Shown here piece after piece: positions 1 through 15,811 of a stretch of DNA of 64,000 bases; position 1 is the first letter of the stretch; every line of letters starts with the position of its first letter. Origin of the DNA: Paramoeba atlantica (taxonomy: Eukaryota > Protista > Discosea). The stretch covers positions 124,001-188,000 of the forward strand of contig CDRNVI010000164.1 in NCBI GenBank assembly GCA_977017575.1, in the 5' to 3' direction. The notes below the pieces were generated by a model that worked only from the letters and a program-made list of their open reading frames with translations, was not told where the DNA came from and made no database searches. The translations under genes and the position numbers were made by a program.

Positions 1-461
1 GTAGAATTATTGTTGTTGACACTGGGAATAATCGAATCCAAGTGTTTAGTTATGATGGATGTTTTATTCGATGTTTTGGGATTCGTGGTTCTTCTAAAGG
101 TCAATTTGATTCTCCTTGTTGTGTAGTAGTTGATGGAGATGGTAATCTTGTTATTTCAGATACTTTGAATCATCGAATTCAAGTGATGGGAATTGAAGGA
201 AATTTTATTCGAATTTTTGGAGAAAGAGGATCAAAAGATTCTCAATTGGAGAATCCAACAGGTGTTGATGTTGATGGGAATGGTCGAATTATTGTTGGTG
301 AAGGAGGAAATGAGAGAGTGAGTGTATTTGAGAAAGATGGAACTTTTCTTTTTTCTTTTGGATTTGGGAAGATGAAGGATCCTTTTGGGATTTTTGTTCA
401 TTCATCTGGTTCAGTTTTAGTTTCAGAACTAAATCAAAAATCACTTCAATTGTGGAAGTGA
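1..461 (+). CDS. TRIM-NHL copy A, 3' part only (C-terminal NHL repeats; truncated by window edge)
   Basis: NHL motifs GQFDSPCCVVVDGDGNLVISDTLNHRIQV and QLENPTGVDVDGNGRIIV; near-identical to the C-termini of copies B-H; stop TGA at 459-461. Confidence 0.92.
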   Translation, partial: RIIVVDTGNNRIQVFSYDGCFIRCFGIRGSSKGQFDSPCCVVVDGDGNLVISDTLNHRIQVMGIEGNFIRIFGERGSKDSQLENPTGVDVDGNGRIIVGEGGNERVSVFEKDGTFLFSFGFGKMKDPFGIFVHSSGSVLVSELNQKSLQLWK

Positions 462-830
462 TTTTGAGAAAATTTGTCGCCCAACCAAACCAATTTTTTT
501 GGTTGGATTTGGTGTTTGCACGAAATATTTTTTTCACTTCAAAGAAATCTTCTCTCACATTTCTTCTCTCTGATGAGCACTGTGTCAAAAAGAATTGGTG
601 ATTCGAAAAGAAAAAGATCAAAGAAAAGGTAATCTCTGTTTTTTGAAAAAATGAGCTTTTTGTTGAACCTAAAATATCTAAAATGAAGGTCAACAACTGA
701 GGGAATTTGAACAAGGAACAAAAAGGTGATCTCCAAAAGAGAGGTTGGTTTTTAGATTGGGATCCTTCTTCACCATGAAATTAAAAACAAAAAAAAAAGG
801 TTGAGTTGAGAAGAAGAAGAAAAAAAAAGT

Positions 831-901
831 TGCGCCGGCCGGGAATCGAACCCGGGCCTCCCGCGTGGCAGGCGAGAATTCTACCACTGAACCACCGGCG
901 C
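831..901 (-). tRNA. tRNA-Gly(GCC)
   Basis: 71-nt GCGCCGGTGGTTCAGTGGTAGAATTCTCGCCTGCCACGCGGGAGGCCCGGGTTCGATTCCCGGCCGGCGCA folds as a cloverleaf; anticodon loop CT-GCC-AC; A/B boxes present; oligo-T Pol III terminator follows. Confidence 0.97.
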
Positions 902-1074
902 ATTTCTTGTGAATCTTTTGCAAAGTTAGGTTGATCCGCCAAATCCAATTCAACAACAACACTTCATTTTCTTTTTGGTTTCTTTTCTTCTTTCGATTGA
1001 TTGGACAATGAGAAAAGGGAACATGAAGGAAAGGTGAAAGAGTTTGTTCTCTTTCCAAAATTTCACAACTTATC

Positions 1075-1335
1075 TCTTCTTCCAGATCCAAATCGAGGTG
1101 TGATCGTTTATTTTGTGGAAAGTTGTGGGAATAACCCATTCAGGACTGTTTTGGAGTGGATTTTTCTTGACAGAAGGGTTGAGAGATGTGATGCACCAAA
1201 AGGTTTTTTTTCTTGTCTCTCTGAATGATTTGAGTTTTTAGGGAAAAATATTTTACTCTTTTTCTCTTTTGAAAGTCAAAACAAGGTCATTCTCATTCCT
1301 GAAGAGGATTTCCAAGACTGTGTTGAAGGAGTTTC
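1075..1335 (+). pseudogene. Relic of a second Arf-like paralog (exon fragments), fused to the 3' flank of a deleted TRIM unit
   Basis: cttccag|atccaaatc matches the exon-2 acceptor of the Arf-like gene at 2962. The fragment reading KVILIPEEDFQDCVEG recurs near 40720-40790 and 46540-46630, where it continues into IDL..ILVDC like the 4760-4810 exon. Confidence 0.4.
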
Positions 1336-1479
1336 TTCAAAGGGGCCGGTGTTTGCGATTTTCTTCTCCAAAATGGAGATCAACAACTGAGGGAACTCGA
1401 ACAAAGAACAAAAAGGTGATCTCCAAAGAGAAATTAAAACAAAAAAAAAGGTTGAGTTGAGAAGAAGGGGGAAAAAAGT

Positions 1480-1550
1480 TGCGCCGGCCGGGAATCGAAC
1501 CCGGGCCCTTCGCGTGGGAGGCGAAGATTCTACCACTGAACCACCGGCGC
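1480..1550 (-). tRNA. tRNA-Gly(CCC)
   Basis: Same body as the GCC gene but anticodon arm TTCGC-CTCCCAC-GCGAA; oligo-T terminator. Confidence 0.96.
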
Positions 1551-2061
1551 ATTTCTTGTGAATCTTTTGCAAAAGTTAGGTTGATCCGCCAACTCCAATT
1601 CATCATTTTCTTTTTGGTTTCTTATCTTCTTTCGATTTATTGGACAATGAAAAAAGGAAACACGAAAAGGGAAAGTTTGTTCCTTTCTCTTTCCAAATTT
1701 TACAACTTATTTCTTCTTCCAGATCCAAATCAAGGTGATTGGCCATCCATTGTCTGAAAAAATGATAGTTTATTCCGTGGAAAAGTTGTGGGAATATTCT
1801 ACACCACCATTCAGATCAAAAATCATTTCACTTGGGGATATGACCACGATTCTGGGAATTCCTTTTTTTATTTTATTGGTTCTTCATTCTTTTTTCTTTT
1901 TTCTTTTTTCTGTTAATTTCTTTTTTTGAATTTAATTTTTTAATATTTTTTCTTTTCTCTTCAGGACTGGAGAGAATTTCTTTTTTTTCGAATTTGGTTC
2001 TCCAAATGGATCTCAACAAACTTGTGAACTTTTCTTGGAAAAAGGAACAAATGTTGAACGT

Positions 2062-2448
2062 TTAACAAAGAGAGGTTGATATTTTATTGTTCATTTTGAT
2101 AAAAAAAAACCCAAGATCTAATTTTTTCAAGAGGTGGGAAGCAAACTCCTTTTCTTTTTTAAGAAACAGAAAAACAGACACCTCTTCCATCCTCAACCCC
2201 CCCCTCTCCAAAGACTTTAAGGTTAAGATCCCCTCCGCTTCATGGATGAATATCTTGATCACTTTTGAGAAACACTTTCTCCCTCTTCCTCTCTCCCCCA
2301 CTTTCCTTGAGTCCACAATGCAATACATCATCGAGGTACAACACAATTTGCTGTCAAAAACTGTGGCTCCCAAGGTTGAATGAATTATTTTTCGGATGCG
2401 ATTGAATGATCTTTTTGTCTCTTTAATCATTGTTGGCATTCTCTTCAT
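2062..2448 (-). pseudogene. Repeated unknown ORF relic (ORF X), short form
   Basis: 128-aa ORF (..KRSFNRIRKIIHSTLG..KVIKIFIHEAEGILTLKSLERGG); homologous, frameshifted copies at ~20035, 23880, 30337, 39185 and 44755. Confidence 0.45.
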
Positions 2449-3382
2449 TTTTTTGTTGCTTGTACTCCATTTTCTCCTTGGTTTGAATCATTGAGTCAAT
2501 AAGGAATTTCGAGGTTGACAGTTTTTTTTTGAAAAATCATTTTTTAATTTTCTTGATTCTTTTCTATTTTTTATTTTTTTTCTTTGTTTTCTTTTGTTAT
2601 TTTTTGTTATTTTTTTTGATAATTTAATTTTGGTATTTTTTAGATTTCAAAGAGAATTTAATTTTCGAACTTGGACTTGAAGAGAATCTCTTTTTTTTCG
2701 AATTTGGTTCTCAAAAACGGATTTCAACAAACTTGTGAAACTTTGTTTCTTCATTTTTTGTTGCGATTTCTTTTTTTGTTCAATTCTCAAAAGAACTGTC
2801 TTTGTATTTTGAGAAGAATGGGGTCCATGATGAGCCATGCTTATGGAAGGGTTATGAAAGAAACATATCGAGATAAGAAGGTTTTTGTTTTTCCTTTTTT
2901 TTTTCTTTTTTCTTTCTTTTTTTCAACATCTTTACACAATTTAATTCTTCTTCCTTTTCAGATCCAAATCGCAGTGATTGGCTATTGATATTCTCAAAAA
3001 TATGATATTTTATTCTCTGGAGAGTTGTGAAATACAAATCGACCATCCCTTACTTACACCAACAGAGAAAGGCAATGGAAGAGAAAGGGGACATTTTTGG
3101 TTTGATTTTTTTTGTTTTTTTTAATAATTTTTGGGAGAGACCAAAATTTTCATTATTGAATTTTTGTTTGAAAAAAAGATGATATTATTATTTTGAGATC
3201 TTATTTTTTATATTCAATAAAAATGAGTCTAAATATTTTGGAGAGGAGATGAAGAATACACCTCTGATACAATGACTGCAAAAATTTTTCATGTTGGTGG
3301 TCGAGAAGGTTTGGGAGTGTATTCTTCTTGGCAGAAGGCAATTGAACAATTTGATGCAGTCATTTTTCATTTGGATGACAAT

Positions 3383-4603
3383 GTGGCCTATTCCCTGGTT
3401 TTTTTGAAGGGATTATTCCCTAGAAAAACATCAAAAATCCCCCTTTTTCGAAACCACTTTTTTGGCTGTGAGAAAAAAGAGAAAAAAATGAAATTTATTT
3501 TTTTTTATTTCTTTTGAGGTAGTTGTGGACCCCAACTGCCAAGTATACAACGTACATCTGTTGTTCTTCATCCTCCCAAAATATCTCCCCCAGTGCCTTC
3601 CATCTGTTCTGTACCGAACCAAAAGGAGTCTCTGCTCGAGCTCGGAGGTGACTCACATTTTTGTTCCACTTCTCTTGTTCTTCAGTCAGAACTGCTGCTC
3701 CTTGAGATAAATCAGGAGGAAGATGGGGATCAACTTTTCTTTTCCCTCCTCGAGGTTTGGCAACTGGGGTATAAAACTTGACATCACGTTCGCCATTTAC
3801 TGCTTTAAGAGTTTTGTTGGCTGTTTCATAATGAGTATCAGCAATGATATGAGCCCCCTTAAAATTATCAATCAGGTCCCATTTAACAAGTTTCACCCAC
3901 TCCCCATCATACACTTTCGGACTGTATCCACCCCAAATCCTTTGGACGATCTCATTTCCATCAGAGAGAAATTGAAACCTCTGGGCAGGGCCATTTGCCT
4001 TGTAACTCCAGGCTCGACTCTTTTTGGAAGTGGACTGTTTTTTGGATAATCGGAAGTCCGCTGAATCAAGAGAAAGATTTACTTTCTTCAATCCCCTTCT
4101 TTTGGGAAAATTCTTTGCTCGTTCATCCCAACTTTGTCGCCCCTCATTTTTGATCTGAGGAACTGCCCAACGAAGAAGAAGACGGCGGATCAACTTTGTG
4201 TTGTGGGCCAAACACTTTGCATGGAAAGCAAAAGTAAATTTAACATTCTTTTCAATCCACGAATAACCAACCCCTTCAAGGTCCTTGAAAAGGCAGAGAG
4301 TGATCATCTTCTCGGTGAACCCTCTTGGCTGTTCAAGATTCCACAGTTTCGTTATATCCTCTTGCCTTTTCAGAAACTCAATCAACTCAGCAAGTAGGTT
4401 CTTTGAAAGCTTTGTTTCAACGATCCATTTTATATTCGAGAAAGAGAGAGGTTTGGAGGCAACCTTCCCCAGCAGCGAAACAATTTTCTCTCTTTGTTTC
4501 TTTTTCACCAAAACCATCACAGCCAAAAAGCAGCCAAAAAAAGAGGGCTTTTTTGATTTTTTGTAGGGAATAATCCCTTCAAAAAAACCAGGGAATAGGC
4601 CAC
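3383..4603. mobile_element. 1,221-bp TIR DNA transposon, IS5/PIF-Harbinger-like DDE family
   Basis: Perfect 40-bp terminal inverted repeats (3383-3422 / 4564-4603, GTGGCCTATTCCCTGGTTTTTTTGAAGGGATTATTCCCTA); AAT duplicated on both sides; empty site GATGACAATGG in the paralogous DNA at ~29405-29420. Confidence 0.93.
3495..4517 (-). CDS. DDE transposase (~340 aa), DDE_Tnp_4/IS5-like
   Basis: Motifs LSLDSADF, IIADTHY and RARAETPFGSVQNRWKAL (R..VE..FG.LK.RW..L type); first ATG inside the element at 4517; intact, no intron. Confidence 0.85.
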   Translation of the reverse strand: MVLVKKKQREKIVSLLGKVASKPLSFSNIKWIVETKLSKNLLAELIEFLKRQEDITKLWNLEQPRGFTEKMITLCLFKDLEGVGYSWIEKNVKFTFAFHAKCLAHNTKLIRRLLLRWAVPQIKNEGRQSWDERAKNFPKRRGLKKVNLSLDSADFRLSKKQSTSKKSRAWSYKANGPAQRFQFLSDGNEIVQRIWGGYSPKVYDGEWVKLVKWDLIDNFKGAHIIADTHYETANKTLKAVNGERDVKFYTPVAKPRGGKRKVDPHLPPDLSQGAAVLTEEQEKWNKNVSHLRARAETPFGSVQNRWKALGEIFWEDEEQQMYVVYLAVGVHNYLKRNKKK

Positions 4604-6042
4604 AATGGTTTCCTTTTTTTCCCCTTTTTCTTTTTCTTTTCTTTATGAATTTGAACCCTTTTGGAAAAAATCTTTTCCTCTCCAAAAGAATCTTTTCTCT
4701 TTTTATTATCATGATTCTCTTTTAAAAGTAAAAATCACCAAGGTTTTTTTTGTCTTGAAGATATTCTTGTTGGTCTTGATCTCTCAAACAAACCTATTTT
4801 GGTTGATTGTGATTCATGTTATCTTGACAACCCATATCGTAAAATAACAATTTGAGGTTTTACCTTTTTCTTCTTTTTGATTTGGTCTTTTGTTTTTTGA
4901 TTTTCAAAAATGTTTCTATGTGGTTTGACTGACCTTTTCATGTTTTGAAGGATATCAGAAGTCAATTTCCTCCCCAATCTTACAGAAGATCTTCTTCGAA
5001 TTAGTGTTCACACTGGAACCCTTGCTGAACATTCTCAAGTTCTTCCAGAGGTTTTTTTTTATTTTTTGTTTTTTGATTCTTTGTTTCTTTGTTTTGGTGG
5101 TGTTGAAATGGGTTTTCATTTCAGGCATGGGAGTGGGTTACAACAACTATTGCGATGAGGAATGCTGAAAAGTGGGGAAAAGAAGATGCAAAAGAAGACC
5201 AAAAACTTGAAGAAAAGATGAAGAAGACTTTGTTTTCCAAAAATAAGTCTTCTTCTCAGAAAGTCTCAACAACTCCAGTGGCTCTCGCTGCATAGTGCTT
5301 TTCCATATTGACTCACCCTCTCTCTCTCTTTTCAATTCGAAAAAGTTCACATTCTTTTCTTTCATTCAAATAAAAATAAATTAATGGAATAAATTCTCTT
5401 TCGTTGAGAGGATGAAAAAAGAACCTACCTTTTTCTTCTCTCAGTCACCTTTTCAATCAAATAACATAAAAGAGAAAAGAAAGAAAAGTCGATCACTTTC
5501 TTCAAATGTCACCAAAAAATGAAAATGAAACTGAAATGAAAAAAAGCACCCCAAATTAAGCACTTTCACTTTCCCCTTTTTCTTTCTCCTTTTTTTTACG
5601 TTTTCGGTTTTTGTGTTTTGGGGTCTCTTCTCTCTTTCTCTCCTTCACAAATTGTGTTGTTGTTCAAATTGTTTGTCTTTTATTTTTTTTGATCTTTTGT
5701 GTCTCACTGACATTCTCTTTCTTTTTCTCTCCCCCATTATCAAATTCCAATCTCTCTCTCTCTCCAGCATCATCTGTTTCTTTCCTTTGGTCCTTGCCTT
5801 TGAAAACGAGGAACTTGGTGTGATTGGTTTCTCTCTCATCTCTTTCGAATTGTTTGTTTTTTTCTTTTTAATCTTTGGTCTCTTGTTGATCTTTCTTTTT
5901 CAGATTTGAAAGATTTTTTTTCTTTTTTGTCAATTTACTTGTATTCGATTTTTTGTGTTGTAGTGACCTTCTTCTCCTCTTCTTTTTGTTGTTTTGAATT
6001 GTTTTTTGTTGTCGCTCAAATTGGGAATTGTGTTGCGAAAAA

Positions 6043-8266
6043 ATGGGAAAGAGGAAACGAGTGAAAACTGAACAAGGAGAAGAGAAAAAGAGAAAGAAGG
6101 AAGAGAAGTTAGTTGAAAAGGGAAAAGAAGAAGAAGAAACAGAAAGGAAAGAGTGTGAAGAAAGGAGAGGATTTGAATGTTTGATTTGTTTTGAAATGAT
6201 GAGATGGGAAAAAGAACCACGATCATTACCTTGTGGCCACTCTTTTTGCTCTGATTGTCTCAACAAACTCTTCTTCTCCTCTCAACAAACTTCAACTTCA
6301 ACTTCTGAGAGTGGTGATGGTGATGGTAGTGATGATGGTGATGGTGGTGATGATGGTGATGGTGATGATGATGGTGATGGTGGTGATGGTGGTGATGGTG
6401 ATGGCGATGGTGGTCCCAATCTTTTTCTTTCTCTTCTTCAAGTTGATGGTCCCTCTTCTTCTTCTTCTTCTTCTTCTTCAAGTTCAAGTTGTTGTTTGAA
6501 TGATGGTGGAAAGAAGAAGAGATGTTGTCCAGTTTGTCAAAAAGAGATTAAAGGAGAAGGAGGAGGAAGATGTGAGACAATTGAATCATTTGATTCCAAT
6601 TATTTAATTCCTGAAACAATTGATGTGATTGAATCTTCAAAGATTCCTTCTTTCTGTCTTCCTCCGGCTCCATGTTTTTTCTTCTTCATTTTCTTTTGTG
6701 TTTTCAAATGAAACAATTCACCCCACACTCACCCCACCCACCACAAACACAAACACAAAGAAAATACCCCCCCCATTAACAAAGGAAACAGATGAAACGA
6801 AAGAATGTGTGAATTTCGGAAAGTGTGGAGAACGAACTTCAATGTATTGTTCTAAATGTGAAGTTTTCATTTGTGATTCTTGTGAACAATCTCATTCCTC
6901 CAATCCTTTCTCTCGAAACCACAAACGTGAAAACCAACAAAACCAACAAAACCAAGAAGGAAGAAGAAACCAACAACAACATGGGAATGATGGGGGATTA
7001 GAAAGTTTGAAGAAGAAACATTGTTTAACTCACCCATCTGAGAATTTGAGTGGGTTTTGTTTTGAGTGTTCTCTTTTTGTTTGTGTGGAATGTGTTCTTG
7101 GGGTTCACAATGAACATCAACAGAATGTTTATTCGTTAGAAAAGAGTGGTTTGAGAAAGAGAAATGAGATTTTGAAGATTGGAGTTGGATTGGAAAAGAG
7201 ATTGGAGTTTGTTGAAAAGGAAACAAGAAAAGTAAAACAAGAGATTCAAGAATTAGAAGAGAAATTAATGAACAAGAAAGTGATGAAGAAAGATTTAGAT
7301 TTAGAAAAAGTTGATTTGAGAATGAGGTGTGATACAATTCTTAGATTGTCTCAAACTCCAACAACTGATTCTCTTTTCGATGAAGATCTCTTTTCAACTT
7401 TTCTTCAAATTGCGAATGATCTTATTGATGAACTTGATGTTTCACTTTTGAATCGAAAAAAGAAAGGAGTGATTGGTGATCGAATGGGATTTATTTCTTC
7501 CTTTTGTTGTGATGAAAAACCTTGGGGAATTGTTGAGAACATTGATGGTAACTTTATTGTTGGTCATGATAGAAGGGAGTTAGGAATTAGAAACAAAGAA
7601 GGATCTTTGATTCAAACTCTCAAAGTTGATGGATCTTTTATTGATGTTGCAATTGGGTTGAATGATGAGATTGTTGGTCTCAACCCAGTAGAATTGAAAG
7701 TGATGGTGTTGAACAAAGAAGGTTGTTTGATAAGATCATTTGGATGTAAAGGTTCTCAACCTGGTCAATTCAACAAACCATGTGGGATTGATGTTGATGA
7801 AGAAGGTCGAATTATTGTTGTTGACTGGCGGAATCATCGAATTCAAGTGTTTAGTTATGATGGATGTTTTATTCGATGTTTTGGGATTCGTGGTTCTTCT
7901 GAAGGTCAATTTAACCATCCTTGTAGTGTGGTAGTTGATGGAGATGGTAATCTTGTTATTTCAGATACTTTGAATCATCGAATTCAAGTGATGGGAATTG
8001 AAGGAAATTTTATTCGAACTTTTGGAGAAAAAGGATCAAAAGATTCTCAATTGGAGAAACCAAGCGGTGTTGATGTTGATGGGAATGGTCGAATTATTGT
8101 TGTTGAAGGAGGAAATGGGAGAGTGAGTGTATTTGAGAAAGATGGAACTTTTCTTTTTTCTTTTGGATTTGGGAAGATGAAGAATCCTTTTGGGGTTGGT
8201 GTACATTCATCTGGTTCAATTTTAGTTTCAGAACCAGATCAAAAATCAGTTCAATTGTGGAAATGA
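6043..8266 (+). CDS. TRIM-NHL copy B (RING-Bbox1-Bbox2-coiled coil-NHL), 2 exons
   Basis: RING CLIC..CGHSFC..C..CPVC. Phase-1 GT-AG intron 6674-6791 joins the two ORFs in frame. B-boxes C..C..YCSKC..C..C...H..NH and CLTH..FC..C..C..C..H..H; coiled coil; NHL repeats. Confidence 0.93.
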
Positions 8267-8600
8267 TTTTGAGAAAAATTGTCACCCAAATCCTTTTCTT
8301 GTTGGATTTGGTGTTTGCACGAAATATTTTTTTTCACTTTCAAAGAAATCTTCTCTCATAATTCTTTCTCTGATGAGCACTGTGTCAAAAAAAACCTTCA
8401 CAAAAAAAGGAAAAAAGGTTTTCCTTTTTGTTGAACCTAAAATATCCAAAATGGAGATCAACAACTGAGGGAATTTGAACAAGGAACAAAAAGGTGATCT
8501 CCAAAAGAGAGGTTGGTTTTTAGATTGGGACCCTTCTTCACCATGAAATTAAAACACAAAAAAAAAGGTTGAGTTGGGAAGAAGAAGGAAAAAAAAAAGT

Positions 8601-8671
8601 TGCGCCGGCCGGGAATCGAACCCGGGCCTCCCGCGTGGCAGGCGAGAATTCTACCACTGAACCACCGGCGC
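8601..8671 (-). tRNA. tRNA-Gly(GCC)
   Basis: Identical to 831-901; oligo-T terminator. Confidence 0.97.
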
Positions 8672-8977
8672 ATTTCTTGTCAATCTTTTGCAAAGTTAGG
8701 TTGATACAACAACTCCAATTCACCATTTTCTTTTTGGTTTCTTTTCTTCTTTCGCTTTATTGGACAATGAGAAAAGGGAGCCTGATGGAAGGGTGAAAGA
8801 GTTTGTCCTTTTCTCTTTCCAAAATTTCACAACTTATCTCTTCTTCCAGATCCAAATCAAGCTGATTGGCCATCAATTGTCTGAAAAAAATGAATGGTTA
8901 TTCTGTTAATCTGAAAAAGTTTATTTTTTCCAATTGGAAGAACAAAGAGGGGAGAGAGTCACTTTCAGAAGGATCTT

Positions 8978-9972
8978 CTACAAGCTTGGGACAATTCCTT
9001 GATGACCATTTTCAGAACAAAACAATTGACAATGGCCCAGCACCGAAAAAGGTCCGTGCAACTGAAAGAAAATTTTTTCAAAATACAAAAAGAAGAGAAA
9101 AGAACAAAAAATAAAACACAAACCCAAGTGTGTTTACACCTCTTTTTCTGATTATACTCTGCAATGGGCCCAATCGCGCCAATCTTCTGAATATATTCCT
9201 CCAAAAACGGGAACTCTTTGACAAACATCTCTTGATCCCAAACTTTATACCAAAAAGAGAGAAAACAAAAGGCCATTAAATCACCAACAGTCAACTTTTC
9301 TCCAGCAACAAATCCCGACTTCGCAGGATTGGCCTTGATATATCCTTCTAAGACTTTCAAATTTTTGTGGAATCCTCCCATTTGGGCTTTGTTGTTGAAT
9401 CCTTCCACTTGTTTGAGCCAATATTCTTTTGGTTTTCCAGTAATATTCGCGTTGACAGTGAAAATTCCTGTGAAATGGAAGAGCATGTCGTAACAATGGC
9501 AGATGACCTGAAATTCAGAAAATTTTTCAAATCAGGTCATCAAAGACTTTTGAGAAAAGATTTCTTTTTCTTTTTGAAAAAAAAAAACTTGTTCAAGATG
9601 AAGCTCCTCTTCCAATTTTTCGGGCCAAAATCCATGTTTCTTTCCCAAATACCTCAAAATCACAGTCATTTGAGTCAACTTGACATCTTTATCAACATAA
9701 AGTGGGAGATGGCAATTGGGGGTCAAGACCTTTGGAGGAACACAAACAGGTTTTTGTCCAGGTTGTTGCAAAGCAAGCCAATCCGCCAAGGAAACTCTCA
9801 CATCATCATACTCAACTCCACTCAAATGAAGAACGACTCGAAGTGGCCACCCCAATCCTATCAAATCAAAGTAGACAAGTGTTGGTTTGGAAATTGTTTC
9901 ACATGAGAGAGAGTTCAATTTTTCCGTCAGAGTGGAACATTTTGCTCTCAATTCGTCGTCTGATGATGCCAT
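8978..9972 (-). CDS. Glutathione S-transferase (cytosolic, Tyr-type)
   Basis: TLVYFDLIGLGWPLR, LPLYVDKDVKLTQMTVILRYLGKKHG, GEKLTVGDL and FPFLEEY motifs; in-frame intron 9508-9588; the last exon and stop are inferred. Confidence 0.85.
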
Positions 9973-10280
9973 ATTCGCAAAAGAGAAATTGTTGATGTGG
10001 CTTCCTTTGCCAAAGGAAAAAGGGAAAACGCAAAGGAATCTGCGGAAAAAAGGGCCAAAAAAAAAGGCCAGAAAAAGCTGAAAAAGACACCTTCTCGCAC
10101 GGCCATTTTTTTTGGCCCACCTGTTTTTTTTTTCGGTTTTTTCTGCGCAACAAATTCGAGAAAAAGATCTTGTGCGAAAGAAAAGGAAAAAGGAAAAGAA
10201 GAAAGGAAAAGAAGAAAGGAAAAGAAGAAAGGAAGAAAGGAAGAAAGGAGAAAAAGGAAAAAGTAGAAAGGAGAAAAAGA

Positions 10281-15642
<5,362 letters not shown>

Positions 15643-15811
15643 TTCTTACAACAAAAACCAAAGTTTAGAGTCGTCCCAATTTGATGACTTTGACATATTC
15701 ATTTCTTTTCTTGTTTTATTAGGGAGTTAAAAAAACACTAAAAAATTGGTTACTTCTTTTTTGTTTCATTCGAATTTTCTCAGACAGTTTGAATCTCAAG
15801 GAGAATCGCAA

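Larger units (their letters stand above)
2818..5295 (+). pseudogene. Arf-family-like small GTPase pseudogene with degenerate G-boxes, interrupted by a DNA transposon
   Basis: Exon 1 (2818-2880) MGSMMSHAYGRVMKETYRDKK splices in phase 0 over intron 2881-2961 to IQIAVIG. Then, in GTPase order: KIFHVGGRE; W..AIEQFDAVIFHLD (same W-to-D spacing as Arf WRHYFQNTQGLIFVVD); LEDILVGLDLSNKPILV; ISVHTG; VLPE|AWEWV (in-frame intron 5051-5124); stop at 5293-5295. In-frame stops and frameshifts are present. Confidence 0.65.

Noticed and set aside
690-1757. Short ORFs containing CAGGSVVEFSPATREARVRFPAG or MRRWFSGRI (repeated at each tRNA)
   Set aside because: Translations of the tRNA gene and its flanks, not protein genes.
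4518-4712. N-terminal extension of the 405-aa transposase ORF
   Set aside because: It runs through the TIR into AT-rich flanking DNA outside the element; a chance open frame.
3272-4850. Caspase-like or RNase H1 hybrid-binding-domain reading of the relic exons (GVYSSW..A..Q; KPILVDCDSC)
   Set aside because: These are short motif resemblances only; the MGxxxS exon, IQIAVIG P-loop strand, xVGG, SVHTG and terminal EAWEW helix in the correct order fit an Arf-like fold better.
6260-6487. Poly-His ORFs (also ~17409, 27610, 43808, 49546)
   Set aside because: Antisense readings of the GGT/GAT repeat in the RING exon.
8978-9972. GST as part of the TRIM system
   Set aside because: Single copy, not co-amplified, ordinary motifs; adjacency alone is not evidence.
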